43,132 nucleotides of DNA from Octopus sinensis (GCF_006345805.1 NW_021835075.1:1-43132), one strand, 5' to 3'; positions 12,985-25,719 are shown, counted from the stretch's first letter. Program-made: numbers and translations. Notes: generated by a model from the letters alone, not told the origin.

Positions 12985-13490
12985 TTGCCGCATTTAGATA
13001 CCCTCCATCAGGCATTTGCCATATTCTGAACGCCTTACTTCCCTGGGCATGGACACATGTCTGGCAGCTGACTTGGCAGACACCCATAAAATTATCAACC
13101 ATCTTACAAACAATAACTCTGAACACCTTTTCAAACTCCACCTGTCAAACACCCGTGGACATATTTACAAAGTCAGAAAACAGCACAGCTCCCATGACTT
13201 TAGGAAATATTTTTTCACGCTGAGAGTTGTTGAAGCATGGAACAAACTGCCGGCATCAGTTGTTAGTTGTCGGAGCACTGCATTCTTCAAAACTTCCATG
13301 CTTTCTGAGATTCACCAATACTACACCTGATTTTCTCCCCTCAATACACACACAAGCATGTATCTGACTCATACATTGTTCGCTTTCCAGACATCTGGAC
13401 AGTACTGCATATGCTCTATACGCACTTTCTGACAAGTTGTGGTGCACCTGAGCACTGTATACAATAACTTCATTATATTATATTATATTA
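12985..13490 (+). mobile_element. 5'-truncated CR1-clade LINE (ORF2 C-terminus + 3' UTR)
   Basis: ORF 13016-13330 PYSERLTSLG...TRGHIYKV...RKYFFTLRVVEAWNKLP is the typical CR1 ORF2 end; (ATTAT)n tail at ~13472-13490. Confidence 0.9.
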
Positions 13491-13609
13491 TCTCAACGAG
13501 GACGACTATGCCGCTCATTAGACCAGTGACGATAAAATAAAACACTGGGTTCGATTTCAATTATGATGCACTTCATTTAATATATATGTGTGAGTGCGTG
13601 TGTATGTGT

Positions 13610-13910
13610 GAAGGCGTGTGGCTTAGGGCGTTCGACTCATAATCGTAAGGTCGTGAATTCAATTCCCGGCGACGCATTTTGTCCTTGCGCAAGACACTTT
13701 ATTTCACGTTGCTCTCAGCTGGCAAAAATGAGTAGTACCTGTATTTCAAAGGGCCAGCCTTTTTACACTCTGTGTCACGCTGAATCTCACTGAGAGCAAC
13801 CATTAAGGGTACACGTGTCTGTGGAGTGCTCAGCCACTTGCACGTTAATTTCACGATCAAGCTCTTCTGGTGATCGTATCAGCTAGCACGTCCGTCGTCG
13901 TATCCGACAA
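13610..13910 (+). mobile_element. tRNA-derived SINE, head B + tail Y (diverged)
   Basis: ggcgtgtggcttag head; gcaagacactttatttcacgttgctc core; tail matching 25530-25715. Confidence 0.8.
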
Positions 13911-15097
13911 GGGAAGTGTTGGAAAGCAACATCTGGTATCGACTTGCCTTTACCACGAATTATCCCCGAGAGAGCAGTCCTCCTTGTTACTCATGGTACA
14001 GCTCAAGAATTTTACTGTTTTCCTTGGTTTCGGTTATGGTGTTAACTATATATGCAGATATACGAACCTTCTATTTCGTTGTGTTTCGTTTCAACGTCTC
14101 ATGGCTACAAAAGGAACAAGGCTTAAGCACAAAAGGATACAAAAGAGATTAAGATAAGAATACTTAGCAGAAAGCCTACGTGGTTCTGAGTAGTTGCGAT
14201 AAGTCTTATTTAAAGTTGGTTACTGGACATACGATGCCGTATGCTGATGACGAAACCACCGATTCTTTCTAGCTTAGAAATGCCCCATTGAACAGCAATG
14301 GGTGACATTGCAATACGATTTTACTTGGAATAAACAAATAATAAATTCCCTCATTGAAGCCAGATCTACCGTCAACTTAAAAACTTTCTTAGAAATATCG
14401 CATTGGTTAGAGATTGACATGGATAGACCTACCGGAAGCTGAACAGCTTTATTCCACAACTGTTATATTAGCAACGACCATACTCTGTGCTTAACTATGT
14501 TTTAAACAGAGTGCTGGGATCAAATACTCTTTCGCAACCTCCCACACACAGTTCAGACTTGTCCTCAACATACAGACTGCTCAATTCACATGACTTGGAA
14601 TAATATTACGCTGCTTCTTGTTACAATACATAACTGTCAAATATGATTAACAGATTTGGTATATCAACAGTTATGTACGGAAGACAGGTAATCTATTCCT
14701 GGAAATTTGACCAACGAATTTCTCCAGTACTTCTGCTGAAATTGTTTTTGTCTTTTTTTTCAACGAATTCAGTTTTTCCTCCAAGACTCTGTCCAAATAA
14801 GTGCCGAACTCTTTCGCTTCCTCTCCGTCGTTACGTACGAACAGACCGGCAATTGTTCCCTGCTCGGCAACAGAAAGCAGATTATTAATGCGTCACCAAA
14901 TATCAGCTGCACTTCATTATAAAACTCTACTGCATGTGTGTATGGAACGTCTTCCGTTCACTGACATTTCAGTCTATGGACGCTACCATGAACAACGCAA
15001 CATATCGCACTTCTTGTTGAGGAAATGGATAATGGATATTCCCACCGTGACGACATCCCAAGCGATAACACTTCTGTTCTAATATAGTAACTTATTT

Positions 15098-15300
15098 AAG
15101 GCGGCGAACAGCCGGTAGCACGCTGAGCAAATGTTTATCGACATTTCGGCTATCTTTACGTTCTGAGTTCAAATCCTACGCAGGTCGCCTTTGCCTTTCC
15201 CCCTTTGGGAGTCGAAAGCAATTGAGCACTGGAGTCGATGTAATCAAAAGATAGATCCCTCTCCCCGAAAATTACTGGACTTGTGCCAAAATTTGAAGCT
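15098..15300 (+). mobile_element. Diverged SINE family D monomer
   Basis: ggcggcgaac...ttacgttctgagttcaaatcc...ctttgcctttcc...cactggagtcgatgtaatc. Confidence 0.7.
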
Positions 15301-15469
15301 AACATATTAATCTATTTCTCTAATTTATAATCTTTAAAGGTACATGTAAAAGCTACAAAAATTTGCTCCAATTTTCTTCTTTAATTCAGAAATAACGGCT
15401 TCATATTTTACACTTATATTTGTAAATAATACTTAATAAGTTCGCTAATTTGCGATTTTGACAAATTTC

Positions 15470-15929
15470 CAAGGCAAGGAAGAATCATGATTGTGTCGGT
15501 GGCTACATCCATATTGGTAGATTCTGAGAATCGTTAGAAGGACGGAGAAAATAAGTTGCTGTCTTTGTTCTGTGTCTGAATATCACGACATAGAGGTACA
15601 GTAATCCCTCACCATATCGCGGTTTATTATTTAAGCTTGCGTCAATTGAAAGTGCAGCTGAAATGTATCCCAGTACTTATATGTCTATTGAGAACTAGTC
15701 TAAAAAGATTTGAACAGATGGATAGAAGAAATAGGCATAAAACCCAGATTAGTACAGCCGCAGAAAACAGTATTATTAGGGACAATTAGGATAATTAGGA
15801 GGGTTCTTGGTATCTAAGGTTACTTGCTGTAACCCAATAGAAGGGTTCTTGACATCTAGGGAAAATTGTTGTAGCCTGATGTCAGGATTCTTTTCTTTTC
15901 CAACAGTCTAATCTTTTGAGTGTATATAC

Positions 15930-15975
<46 letters not shown>
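15470..15975 (+). mobile_element. R4/Dong-clade non-LTR retrotransposon 3' remnant ending in (TAA)n
   Basis: C-terminal WIEEIGIKPRLVQPQKTVLLGTIRIIRRVLGI* (to ~15817) matches the REL-domain end QK..LLGTARI.RKVL; followed by (TAA)n at 15930-15975. Confidence 0.75.
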
Positions 15976-15976
<1 letters not shown>

Positions 15977-16230
15977 TCTTTTTACTATAGGTAAAAGGCC
16001 TGAAATTTGAGGAGGTTGGTCAGTTGATTAGATCAACCCCAGTACGAAACTGGTACTTAATGTGTCGATCCCCAATGGATAAAAGGCAAAGTCGACCTCG
16101 ACAGAAATTAAAATCAGATTGCAGTGACGGGCGAAATACCGCTAAGAATTTCGTCCAGCGTACTGACGATTCTGCCTTTGCTTTTGTTATGATTATGTAT
16201 TTCTTTATTGCCCACAGAGGATGAACATAG
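15976..16230 (-). mobile_element. Diverged SINE family D copy
   Basis: Reverse complement of the D unit (aaaggcaaagtcgacctcg...gaaataccgctaag). Confidence 0.7.
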
Positions 16231-16419
16231 GGGACGCATTTATCATAATAATAATAATTATCCTTTCCACTAAAGGCACAAGGCCTGAAATTTTGAGGGA
16301 GGGGGCTACTTGATTACATCAACCCCAGTTAATTTATTGACCACCAATGCATGAAAGGCAAATTTGATCTCAGAAAAGTAGGACGGATGAAGTGCTGCTA
16401 ATCATTTTACTGGGCATAC

Positions 16420-16840
16420 TCTTTTACTCTTTTACTCTTTTACTCTTTTATTTGTTTCAGTCATTTGACTGCGGCCATGCTGGAGCACCGCCTTTAGTCG
16501 AGCAAATCGACCCCGGGACTTATTCTTTGTAAGCCCAGTACTTATTCTATCCGTCTCTTTTTGCCGAACCGCAGGTTACGGGGACGTAAACACACCAGCA
16601 TCGGTTGTCAAGCAATGCTAGGGGGACAAACACAGACACACAAACACATACACACACACACATATATATATATACATATATACGACAGGCTTCTTTCAGT
16701 TTCCGTCTACCAAATCCACTCACAAGGCATTGGTCGGCCCGGGGCTATAGCAGAAGACACTTGCCTAAGATGCCACGCAGTGGGACTGAACCCGGAACCA
16801 TGTGGTTGGCTAGCAAGCTACTTACCACACAGCCACTCAT
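16420..16840 (-). mobile_element. Full-length SINE family C nested in an older family D copy (16260-16865)
   Basis: tRNA-like head gagtggctgtgtggtaag..gggttcagtccc on minus; internal (CA)/(TA) tract; (GTAAAAGA)n tail; host D sequence resumes at gctaacgattctgccagctcgccg. Confidence 0.85.
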
Positions 16841-17029
16841 GCTAACGATTCTGCCAGCTCGCCGTCTCAATGCTATCTACAACGGGTACAAGACCATATC
16901 TTTCCTTATAGTAGAGGCGGCTATTGCTTAAGTCGATCCCAATGCACAACTAGTACTTATTTTGTCCAACTTGAAATCAGAAAAGGTAAAGTCGACCTCG
17001 GCGGAATAATAATAATCATAACAAAAACA

Positions 17030-17260
17030 AAGGAGGTGAGCTGACAGAATTGTTAGCAAGCCGGGAGAAATGGTTAGCGGTATTTCGTCTGTCTTTGTGT
17101 TCTGAGTTCAAATTCCGCCGAGGTCGACTTTGCCCTTCATCTTTTAGGAGTCGATAAATTAAGTACCAGATGCGTACTGTGATCAAGCTAATCTCTTGGC
17201 CTCCTCCCCAAAATTTCGGGCCTTGTGTCTAGAGTAGAAAAGAATAATCATAACAACAAC

Positions 17261-17314
<54 letters not shown>

Positions 17315-17490
17315 TCTTGCTACTATAGGTACAAGGCCCGAAATTTTGGGGGAGGGAGCCAGTCGACTTATATCGACCCCAGTACGCCACTAGTACGTAG
17401 TTTATCGACCCCGAAAGGATGAAATGCAAAGTCGACCTCAACGGAATTTGAACCCATACATAAAGACAGATGAAATACAGCTAAGCATAT
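17030..17490. mobile_element. Two family D SINEs in opposite orientation (17030-17250 +, 17315-17490 -) flanking (AAT)n
   Basis: D motifs on both strands either side of the (AAT)n at 17250-17315. Confidence 0.8.
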
Positions 17491-17512
17491 CGTGATAATA
17501 ATAATGATGATC

Positions 17513-17551
<39 letters not shown>

Positions 17552-18019
17552 TGTATGCCATGTTCTGAATAAGATGGCAAATATTACATATATAAAATAT
17601 AGATTACCACAATTTGTAAAATACGCTAATTTGTCAGTGAACGAAGATGGACGAAATTACTTGATATTTTGTATTTATATGAGGGAGGAGTCTTTGGCCC
17701 ATTATGTGCCATCAGAACATTACACCAAAGATACTTTGAACCCTTTCTGCGGGGACATGAACTGTAGAATATGAAGATGTAATTAAATATTCTGACACAA
17801 AAGTTGACTCAGAACAGGCAGGAGAGTATAAAATACAATAAAATGACACAGCATGGAATATTTGTCTTCTTTTCGACGAAGAAAATGTAACTAGTTTATT
17901 GACCTTCTTTGAAACTGAAGAATTGTACCGAGCAAAGACACAACTAAAAAAAAACAAAAAACAAAAATTATGAAGAGAAAAGCAGCACCAAGAAAACAAT
18001 CGAAAGAAGGAAAAATGTA

Positions 18020-18024
18020 ATATA

Positions 18025-18060
<36 letters not shown>

Positions 18061-18225
18061 TGTATGTATGTATGTATGTATGTATGTATGTATGTATGTA
18101 TGTATATGTATATATATATGTATGTATGTATATATATATATGTATATATATGTATATATATATATATGTGTGTATAAATATATATATGTATGTATGTATG
18201 TATATATATGTATGTATGTATGTAT
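18020..18225. repeat. (ATGT)n/(TA)n microsatellite
   Basis: Directly visible. Confidence 0.95.
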
Positions 18226-18363
18226 ATTACACATAACTTAAGAATGCTCATTGTTTCTCTTTGTGGTCCCTTTTTTCCAGTTCACACCAGTACAGACAAT
18301 GGGGAGCAGATCAAAGAATATGGGAAACATTCAACAAAAACCCCAAAAATATAATAAAATAAT

Positions 18364-18414
<51 letters not shown>

Positions 18415-18821
18415 GGTATGTAACAGAGAACTTCAGTGTTAGAGTTCAGATGATTCAATATGTGTTTGAAATTATCGGTTCCTAATCACCGTTAAGGGAC
18501 AACAGTCTTTTTCGGACTTGCCGTTGCCAAGGTGCTGGTCTGAAGGGACAATGTCTTGCGGTGCATAAAATTATTAATCGACAATTCGAGATACAATTTC
18601 ACCTAGAGTAAAGAATGTTTTGGGATGAGAAAAAGATAGTTTCCGTAGCGATAAAAAGTATTGGGAGATGATTAATAGAAGACGGTATATTTGTAATTAT
18701 CTATAAAGATATGAACTTTATATATGTAGTAAATCCCACCGAATAATGAAGAACAAACACAGAAAAAACAACAACGCGAGGACGTGATACATGTAAAGTA
18801 TTAAGGAAGGAAACAAAGGTA

Positions 18822-18856
18822 GTTTTACATTTCGAGCGAAGCTCTTCTTCAGAAAC
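18822..18856 (-). ncRNA. Minimal type-I hammerhead ribozyme motif within a PLE-like fragment (~18720-18905)
   Basis: Minus strand: GUUU CUGAAGA A GAGC UUC GCUC GAAA UG UA AAAC; intact core, stem I and stem II; GUA triplet. Confidence 0.8.
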
Positions 18857-18999
18857 GGAGAAAAGTTCAATAGGAAAGGAAGACGGAGAGAAAAAATTGC
18901 CAACGATTTCGACTAACTGTGGAGTATCTAATTCTTCCTGCCATCGGATTACATTACTTTGTTCATTCCGAATACGCCATTTCTGCACCTTGATTTTGA

Positions 19000-19037
19000 A
19001 TCATATATATATATATATATGATTCAAAATCATATAC

Positions 19038-19132
<95 letters not shown>

Positions 19133-19143
19133 TACATATATAT

Positions 19144-19220
<77 letters not shown>

Positions 19221-19225
19221 GTATA
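19000..19225. repeat. (TA)n microsatellite
   Basis: Directly visible. Confidence 0.95.
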
Positions 19226-19231
19226 TCAAGT

Positions 19232-19392
19232 CGCAAAAGTGGCTGTGTGGTAAGTGGCTTGCTTACAACCATATGGTTCCGGGTTCAGTCCCACTACTTG
19301 CCACCTTGGTTAAGCGTCTTCTACTATAGCCGCGCGCCAACCAAAGCCTTGTGAGTGATATGGCAGACGGAAACTGAAAGAAGCCCGTCGTA
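19232..19392 (+). mobile_element. SINE family C 5' half
   Basis: gtggctgtgtggtaag...gggttcagtccc...gacggaaactgaaagaagcccgtcgta. Confidence 0.85.
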
Positions 19393-19466
19393 TATGGGTT
19401 TGTATATAGGTATATATATATATATATATATTATATACACACATATATATGTATTAAATATATATA

Positions 19467-19509
<43 letters not shown>

Positions 19510-19549
19510 CATACATATATATATACATATATATATATATATTATAATA

Positions 19550-19867
19550 AATGCTGAGACCCTCTTTGGTCATGACTGATCATGGGATTGCACCAAGAAA
19601 GTTACCCTCCCAAGCACAAGTCCAGGCAAAGTTGTTTATGGAAGACCAGCAATCGCCCATGCATACAGGTCTCCCCACTCCACGCCGCCAGTGTTTTCCA
19701 AGAGAAAGGCAAAGGCCGATACAGCTTGGCATCTGTAACGTCGCAACTCATTTCTACAGCTGAGTGAACTGGAGCCACGTGAAATAAAGTATCTTGCTCA
19801 AGAACAAAACGCGCAGTCGATCCGGATTCGAACTCACAATCTCACGATCGTAAAATCGACGCTCTAA

Positions 19868-19872
<5 letters not shown>
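19550..19872 (-). mobile_element. tRNA-derived SINE, head B-like + a different tail (W)
   Basis: cagctgagtgaactggagc.acgtgaaataaagt.tcttgctcaagaac core shared with head B; the 3' part is unrelated to tails X, Y and Z. Confidence 0.7.
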
Positions 19873-19904
<32 letters not shown>

Positions 19905-19907
<3 letters not shown>

Positions 19908-20093
19908 GTATGTGGCAGAAAAGTTCCTGGTTTTTAGGTTATGGCGAACTCTTTTACGGAGCTCAGAAAAACTGAAGGACTTGCGCAATAACTGTGAACC
20001 TGAGATGGGAATTTATTGAACAAAATTATAATTAACTGATGCTTCTCTATTTTCTTTTAGCCAAAGCCAAGAGCTTTCCAGCACACCCTCGTA
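19905..20093. mobile_element. Mariner-type MITE (~190 bp)
   Basis: Degenerate TIRs cacgtatgtggcagaaaagttcctgg / ccaagagctttccagcacaccctcgta; right end ctcgTA. Confidence 0.65.
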
Positions 20094-20141
20094 TATAGGT
20101 ATGTATGTTTGTATGTTCATCTGCGTATCGAATGAATATTT

Positions 20142-20187
<46 letters not shown>

Positions 20188-20298
20188 GTCTGTGTGTGTA
20201 TGTGTGTGTGTGTGTGCGTGTGTGTGTGTGTGACCGCGTGTGTATCTTTGGCGATTTTCTTTCTCCATCTTCCCTTCCTTGGCCTTTCCTTTTTGTAT

Positions 20299-20333
20299 GT
20301 TTCTGACGAAGACCTCCGCTCGAAACGTTAAAT
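20299..20333 (+). ncRNA. Minimal type-I hammerhead ribozyme motif within a PLE-like fragment (~20250-20415)
   Basis: GUUU CUGACGA A GACC UCC GCUC GAAA CG UU AAAU; same family as 18822-18856 (shared downstream acgtcctcg.gttgttgt); one stem II mismatch. Confidence 0.75.
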
Positions 20334-20410
20334 CCGTCCTTCTTTCCTTTCCTGAGCGTCCAATAACCACTATACTTGTTCAACGTCCTCGTGTTGTTGT
20401 GTTTTCTCTT

Positions 20411-20461
<51 letters not shown>

Positions 20462-21946
20462 TATATATATAGAATTGGCGCGTGAAATAAATAAAATTTG
20501 AATGAAAAGGCGATTATATGAAAAGAAAGAGATTCTATCGTAACAAGTGACTATATTCAGAATTCCAGTAATACTGTCCGTCTGGAAAAAAAATGAACAA
20601 AATGGATTTAAGGAACATCAAGAAAACTTGAAATAATTATCTTTCGTATTTGAATTTCCTGGTAAATTGTATTCCCTTAAAAGCACCTCTCAAGTACTGT
20701 TGAAATATTTCGGAATGATTACATATAAAATGATAAAAATGTGAATGAAATCATAAACTGGAGTGACTTCTTAGCAAAAGAAGTACGAACTTTACTGTAG
20801 TTAATAAAAAAAAACAGTATATATTTTATTCGAAGATCATAAGAGTTTCCTTATATGGAATTTTGTAGAAAAGAGAAGGTATGTAATTTTGTTTCAACTT
20901 ATCTAGAAGCCATTTCTGTTTTCTTCGCTTAATTCATACCGTATTTAGATGACATTGTTAATAACACTTCTGTAGTGAATTGTACTCAAATGTGTTTTAG
21001 TAAAAAAAAAAAAAATATGTACTAGAAGGCAGCATGAATCTCATGTCATTTGAGTTACATGTCCAGCTTGAGATGGAGATGAATGAAAATGCACAAAAGA
21101 TAAGGAAAAAAAAATACAAACCGCTCGTGGTTATTCTCTTTGTTTGAAATATTTCAAGTTAAAGTTTGTGGTTTTGTTTAGTGTCTTAACATTTTGTAGT
21201 CAAAAGCGTGGCTCTCTAAAAGCATGGCTGCTTTAACCAATACCGTTGAAACACCCAAGGGAACAAGGAAGTAACAGAATGTGAAAAATAAAATGAAATT
21301 ATACAGTTTTAATATCTTTTTTCTAAATTTTTATTTTTAGATATTAAAAACTAAAATAAACAGTAAATCAAATTAGGAAATTATTTTTTTGTTCTGAAAG
21401 AAAATTTCAAAAATATATTTTAGTATTAGCATAGAAAAAAAATGGAAGAAATAACAAAATTAATTATAAAATCCCAAACCCCTGTTAGCAATAATAACAA
21501 GGCAAACCTGACATTACCGAAGAAAAATGAAAGAAGAGAGTTGTATTTGTGAGAAAGAAAAGAAAAACAATTAGCGTTATGGGTATATTTTTCGTAAATG
21601 TGAAAACGTGAATGACAGAAGGCATGTGGGATTTGTAATGGTAACGTAGAATTGAAATGAAATAAGCGGACAACCTAGCATTGTACATTTGCTGGTTTCA
21701 GGCATGAAGTTGGAGCAATCAAAGAGAAACATACGTCAAAGAGAAAATGAAAGGAGAGAAAGCAGTCGAAAAATGTTTTTTTAGACGTATTTTTCGTTTG
21801 TTTTACTTCTCTACGTTGAAAAGAATTAGTAAACGTAGCTCTCCAAGCGGACAAACACAAATAAAAAATTTCAGGTCATTCACGTAAGTGAAGAGCACGT
21901 CAGTATCATCACCATCATCATCATCATCATCAGAAGCAGCAGCATA

Positions 21947-22718
21947 AGGCGGCGAGCTGGCAGAATCGTTAGCATGCCGGGCGAAATGCTTAGCGGTATG
22001 TCGTCTGCTGTTACGTTCTGAGTTCAAATTCCGCAGAGGTTGACTTTGCCTTTCATCCTTTCGGGATCGATAAATTAAGTACCAGTTACGCACTGGGGTC
22101 GATGTAATCGACTTAATCCGTTTGTCTGTCCTTGGTTGATCCATTTATGTTTAGCCCCTTGTGGGTAGTAAAGAAATAGGTATTTCGTCTGCCGCTACAT
22201 TCTGAGTTCAAATTCCGCCGAGGTTGACTTTGCCTTTCATCCTTTCGGGGTCGATTAAATAAGTACCAGTTACGCAATGGGGTCGATGTAATCGACTTAA
22301 TCCGTTTGTCTGTCCTTGTTTGTCCTCTCTGTGTTTAGCCTCTTGTGGGTAGTAAAGAAATAGGTATTTCGTCTGCCGCTACGTTCTGAGTTCAAATTCC
22401 ACCGAGGTCGACTTTGCCTTTCATCCTTTCGGGGTCGATTAAATAAGTGCCAGTTATGCACTAGGGTCGATGTAATCGACTTAATCCGTTTGTCTGTCCT
22501 TGTTTGTCCTCTCTGTGTTTAGCCTCTTGTGGGTAGTAAAGAAATAGGTATTTCTTCCACCGCTACGTTCTGCGTTCAAATTCCGCCGAAGTAGACTTAG
22601 CCTTTCATCCTTTCGGGGGTCGATAAATTAAGTACCAGCTACACACTGGGGTCGATGTAATCGACTTAATACCTTGCTCCAAATTTGAGGTCTTGTGCCT
22701 CCAGTAGAAAGAATTATT
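21947..22718 (+). mobile_element. SINE family D tandem array (three 184-bp units plus a terminal unit with an alternative tail)
   Basis: Unit starts at 21995, 22179, 22363 and 22547. Confidence 0.9.
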
Positions 22719-22744
22719 GTTTTTACTATTGTTTCGCTTTTTAT

Positions 22745-25068
22745 AATAAGATGCTTTGGAAAGAGGTACAGAGGGTAAGAAACGTGTTTGGAGGAAGAGA
22801 AGAAAGAATGAAGGATGTAAATTGAAATTTGTTGAAAGGAAGTAAGGAAGTACAAAGAAGATGGGCAGAGTATTTTACTGAGCTATTAAATGTGGAGGAT
22901 GCTATGTAGAGGCACCTATAGTGATTGTAGGAAGAGATAGAATAATACCTGTTGTTGGGGAATTGAACCACTGTGCAATTGGCAGGGAGTAGGTGAGGGA
23001 ATCCTTGCGGAAGATGACAAACCGGAAGGTGCCAGGTATAGATGGGTGAACAGTGGAATGCCTAAAGAAAGGGTGTGTGACAGTGATTGAGCGATTAGTG
23101 AGGCTTATGAATGTTTGTTACATGGCTGAAAGAGTACCAAAGGAGTGGCGCAGTGCCTGTATAGTGCCACTGTATCAGGGGGAAGGGGATAAATGTAAGC
23201 GTGGAAATTTTAGTGGTATAAGTGTGTTGTGTGTTGTTGGTAAACTGTATGGGAGAATTCCGGTTGTTAGGGTGAGGAACCAGAGAGTGTACGAGGGGAG
23301 GAGCAGTGTGGTTTTAAGTGTGGAAGGGGTGTACAGATCAAATATTTGTTGTAAGACAGATGTGTGAGAAGTTTTTGGCAAAACGGAAGGAGGTGTATTG
23401 AGCCATTATGGACCTAGAGAAGGCATATGACCGAATGGCTAGGGATGCAATGTGGATGGTAGCTTGTTGAGAGCTGTTCAGAGATATTATAGGGGAAAAA
23501 GGGCGTGAGTTAGGGTGGGTAGTGAAGTAAATGAGTGGTTTGATATGGTTGTGGAGTTAAGACAGGTTTGTGTGATGTCTCCGTGGCTGTTAAATTTATT
23601 TATGGACGATGTGGTGAAAGAAGTAAATGCTAGAAACCTTGATAACGGAGCCCAAATGGTGGGAGAGAATGGAGAGAAATGCCTGGTGAGTCAGTTGTTG
23701 TTTGCTGATGATACAGCACTGGTGGCAGATTGGGAAGAGCAGCCAAGGACTGGTGGTAGAGTCTGGGAGAGTGTGTGAGAGTAGGAAACTGAAAGTGAAT
23801 TCAGCTAAGAGTAAGGTGATGAGATGTTCGAGAGATGGGAAGGCTGGTAGGATGGATGTGAATATAAATAGTGAGATGTTAGAGGAGGTGAGCGTTTTTA
23901 AGTATCTAGGATCACATCCGATGGGATGGAGGGGTGAGGAGGTGGGATACAGAGTGAGTGGGAAAAGAGTAAGATCCTTGGAGTTGTGAAACGTATGATA
24001 TGAGATAAAAGGTTGAGTATGAAGGGGAAAATAGGTGTGTATGAGGGCGTGATTTTGCGGACAATGTTATAGGGGTTAGAGACGTGGGGACTGAAAGAGG
24101 CAGAAAGGAGGCGACTAGATGTGTTTGAGATGAGGTGTCTGAGGGCTATGGTTGGTGTGACACGGATGGACAGGATGAGGAATGAGGAGATGTGAAGATA
24201 AGCAGGAGTGAAAGAAAAACTAACAACCAAAATTGGATAAACGAATATTGAAGTGGTTTGGTCACATGGAGAGGATGGATGGAGAGCGGATGGTGAGGAG
24301 GGTGATGAAGGCTGAAGTGGTAGGCAGCAGAACCAGAGGCAGACCTCGGTTTGTGTGGGTGGATGAATGGATGGATGGATGAATGGATGGATGGATGGAG
24401 TGAGGAAAAGTTTGGTAGTTAGAGGTGTTGGAGTGAAAGAGGCAAGAGAGTTTATAAATGACTAGCAGTATCGCCCGTCGTTGCTCGGGTTTGTAAGGGA
24501 AATAACTATAAAGCACTTTTAGAGAGTTATAGCCAAAAAATAGCAAAACAATGATGGTAAATTTTTTGAGAGTTAAAAAGGTCGAGTTGCGTCCCCTAGA
24601 CAGTCTGTGGTTTGTGTTACTGATTCTCGACCCCATGTCGAATTTATCGATTGTTTTCAGAACTGGGGGAACTTTGCGTTAGTTTTGAATTATGACATTG
24701 GGCTATGTGTGTGTCAAGTTTCATCAGAATCGGTTGAAAGCCGTGGTCAGGGTGAGGGTACAACCTAACAGGCACACAGACACGCAGACAGACAAACTGC
24801 CGTTTATATAGAGAGAGATAGTAAAGATTAGAAAGTGTTTGTGGACGGTTGAGTGGATTTAGGTGTTGCTCAAATGGGTACAGTGGGTGTAAACCAACAT
24901 AAGCTGTAAGGCCCCGCTGCTGATTTTGAGGGTTGCGTTCTATGTCTTGACCCCATTATAGAATGGGGTTCGCCCCTTTGAGCTGGACAATGAATGGAAT
25001 ACCTGGTGTGTGTCTTGCTGTGGCTATCTTCTAAAAAAAGATGGGGAACAAGCCTGGGTATATGTTTT
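22745..25068 (+). pseudogene. Decayed RTE-clade LINE (reverse transcriptase domain, C-terminus, probable 3' UTR)
   Basis: VPKEWRSACIVPLYQGEGDK..NFSGISVL..VGKLYGRI; LRQVCVMSPWLLNLFMD; LLFADDTALVAD (FADD at 23701-23712); FKYLGS; WFGHMERM; many stops and frameshifts. The 3' boundary is approximate. Confidence 0.9.
24462..24818 (-). mobile_element. Non-autonomous Helitron inserted into the RTE
   Basis: On minus it begins TC and ends CTAG, with a hairpin cccgagcaacgacggg 8 nt before the CTAG; inserted between A and T with no TSD; RTE sequence rejoins across it. Confidence 0.85.
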
Positions 25069-25075
25069 ATTATTA

Positions 25076-25160
<85 letters not shown>

Positions 25161-25325
25161 TCTCTTTTTCACAGGTTTTGTTGCAGCTCCTAGAGTCTTA
25201 TATGCATGGTGGGCTTGCTATCTGCAGCCTACGGTACCATGCTACCCGTTCTTTTCAGTTATCTAATACTTTCCTGATAATTCTGGCCGTGACAAGGAGG
25301 CAAACCTTTTGTAACAGTTCTACAA
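25068..25325 (-). mobile_element. R4/Dong-clade 3' remnant ending in (TAA)n
   Basis: Minus translation VELLQKVCLLVTARIIRKVLDN*, then a short UTR and (TAA)n (25068-25160). Confidence 0.75.
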
Positions 25326-25334
25326 TTAGCTATT

Positions 25335-25719
25335 GGAGGCGCAATGGCCCAGTGGTTAGGGCAGCGGACTCGCGGTCGTAGGATCGCGGTTTCGATTCCC
25401 AGACCTGGCGTTGTGAGTGTTTATTGAGCGAAAACACCTAAAGCTCCACGAGGCTCCGGCAGGGGATGGTGGTGATCCCTGCTGTACTCTTTCACCACAA
25501 CTTTCTCTCACTCTTACTTCCTGTTTCTGTTGTACCTGTATTTCAAAGGGCCGGTCTTGTCACTCTCTGTGTCACGCTGAATATCCCCGAGAAATACGTT
25601 ACGGGTACACGTGTCTGTGGAGTGCTCAGCCACTTACACGTTAATTTCACGAGCAGGCTGTTCCGTTGATTCGGATCAACCGGAACCCTCATCGTCGTAA
25701 CCGACGGAGTGCTTCCACT
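25335..25719 (+). mobile_element. tRNA-derived SINE, head A + tail Y
   Basis: Intact head; TSD attagctatt at 25325-25334 and 25720-25729. Confidence 0.9.

Noticed and set aside
14240-14265. ctgatgacgaaac hammerhead-like string
   Set aside because: No stem II, no closing stem I and no NUH in register.
17631-17670. gtgaacga…gaaattacttga as a G3-C8 hammerhead
   Set aside because: A9 is out of register and there is no stem II pairing; likely chance.
18251-18420. Strong splice acceptor at 18280 and gtatgt donor at ~18416
   Set aside because: The only open frame encodes poly-Ile from (ATA)n and the others hit stops; no support for a coding exon without RNA data.
25335-25410. tRNA genes at SINE heads (also 4737, 38672, 40989, 30218)
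   Set aside because: A/B boxes are present but there is no complete cloverleaf or acceptor stem, and each continues into a repeat body.
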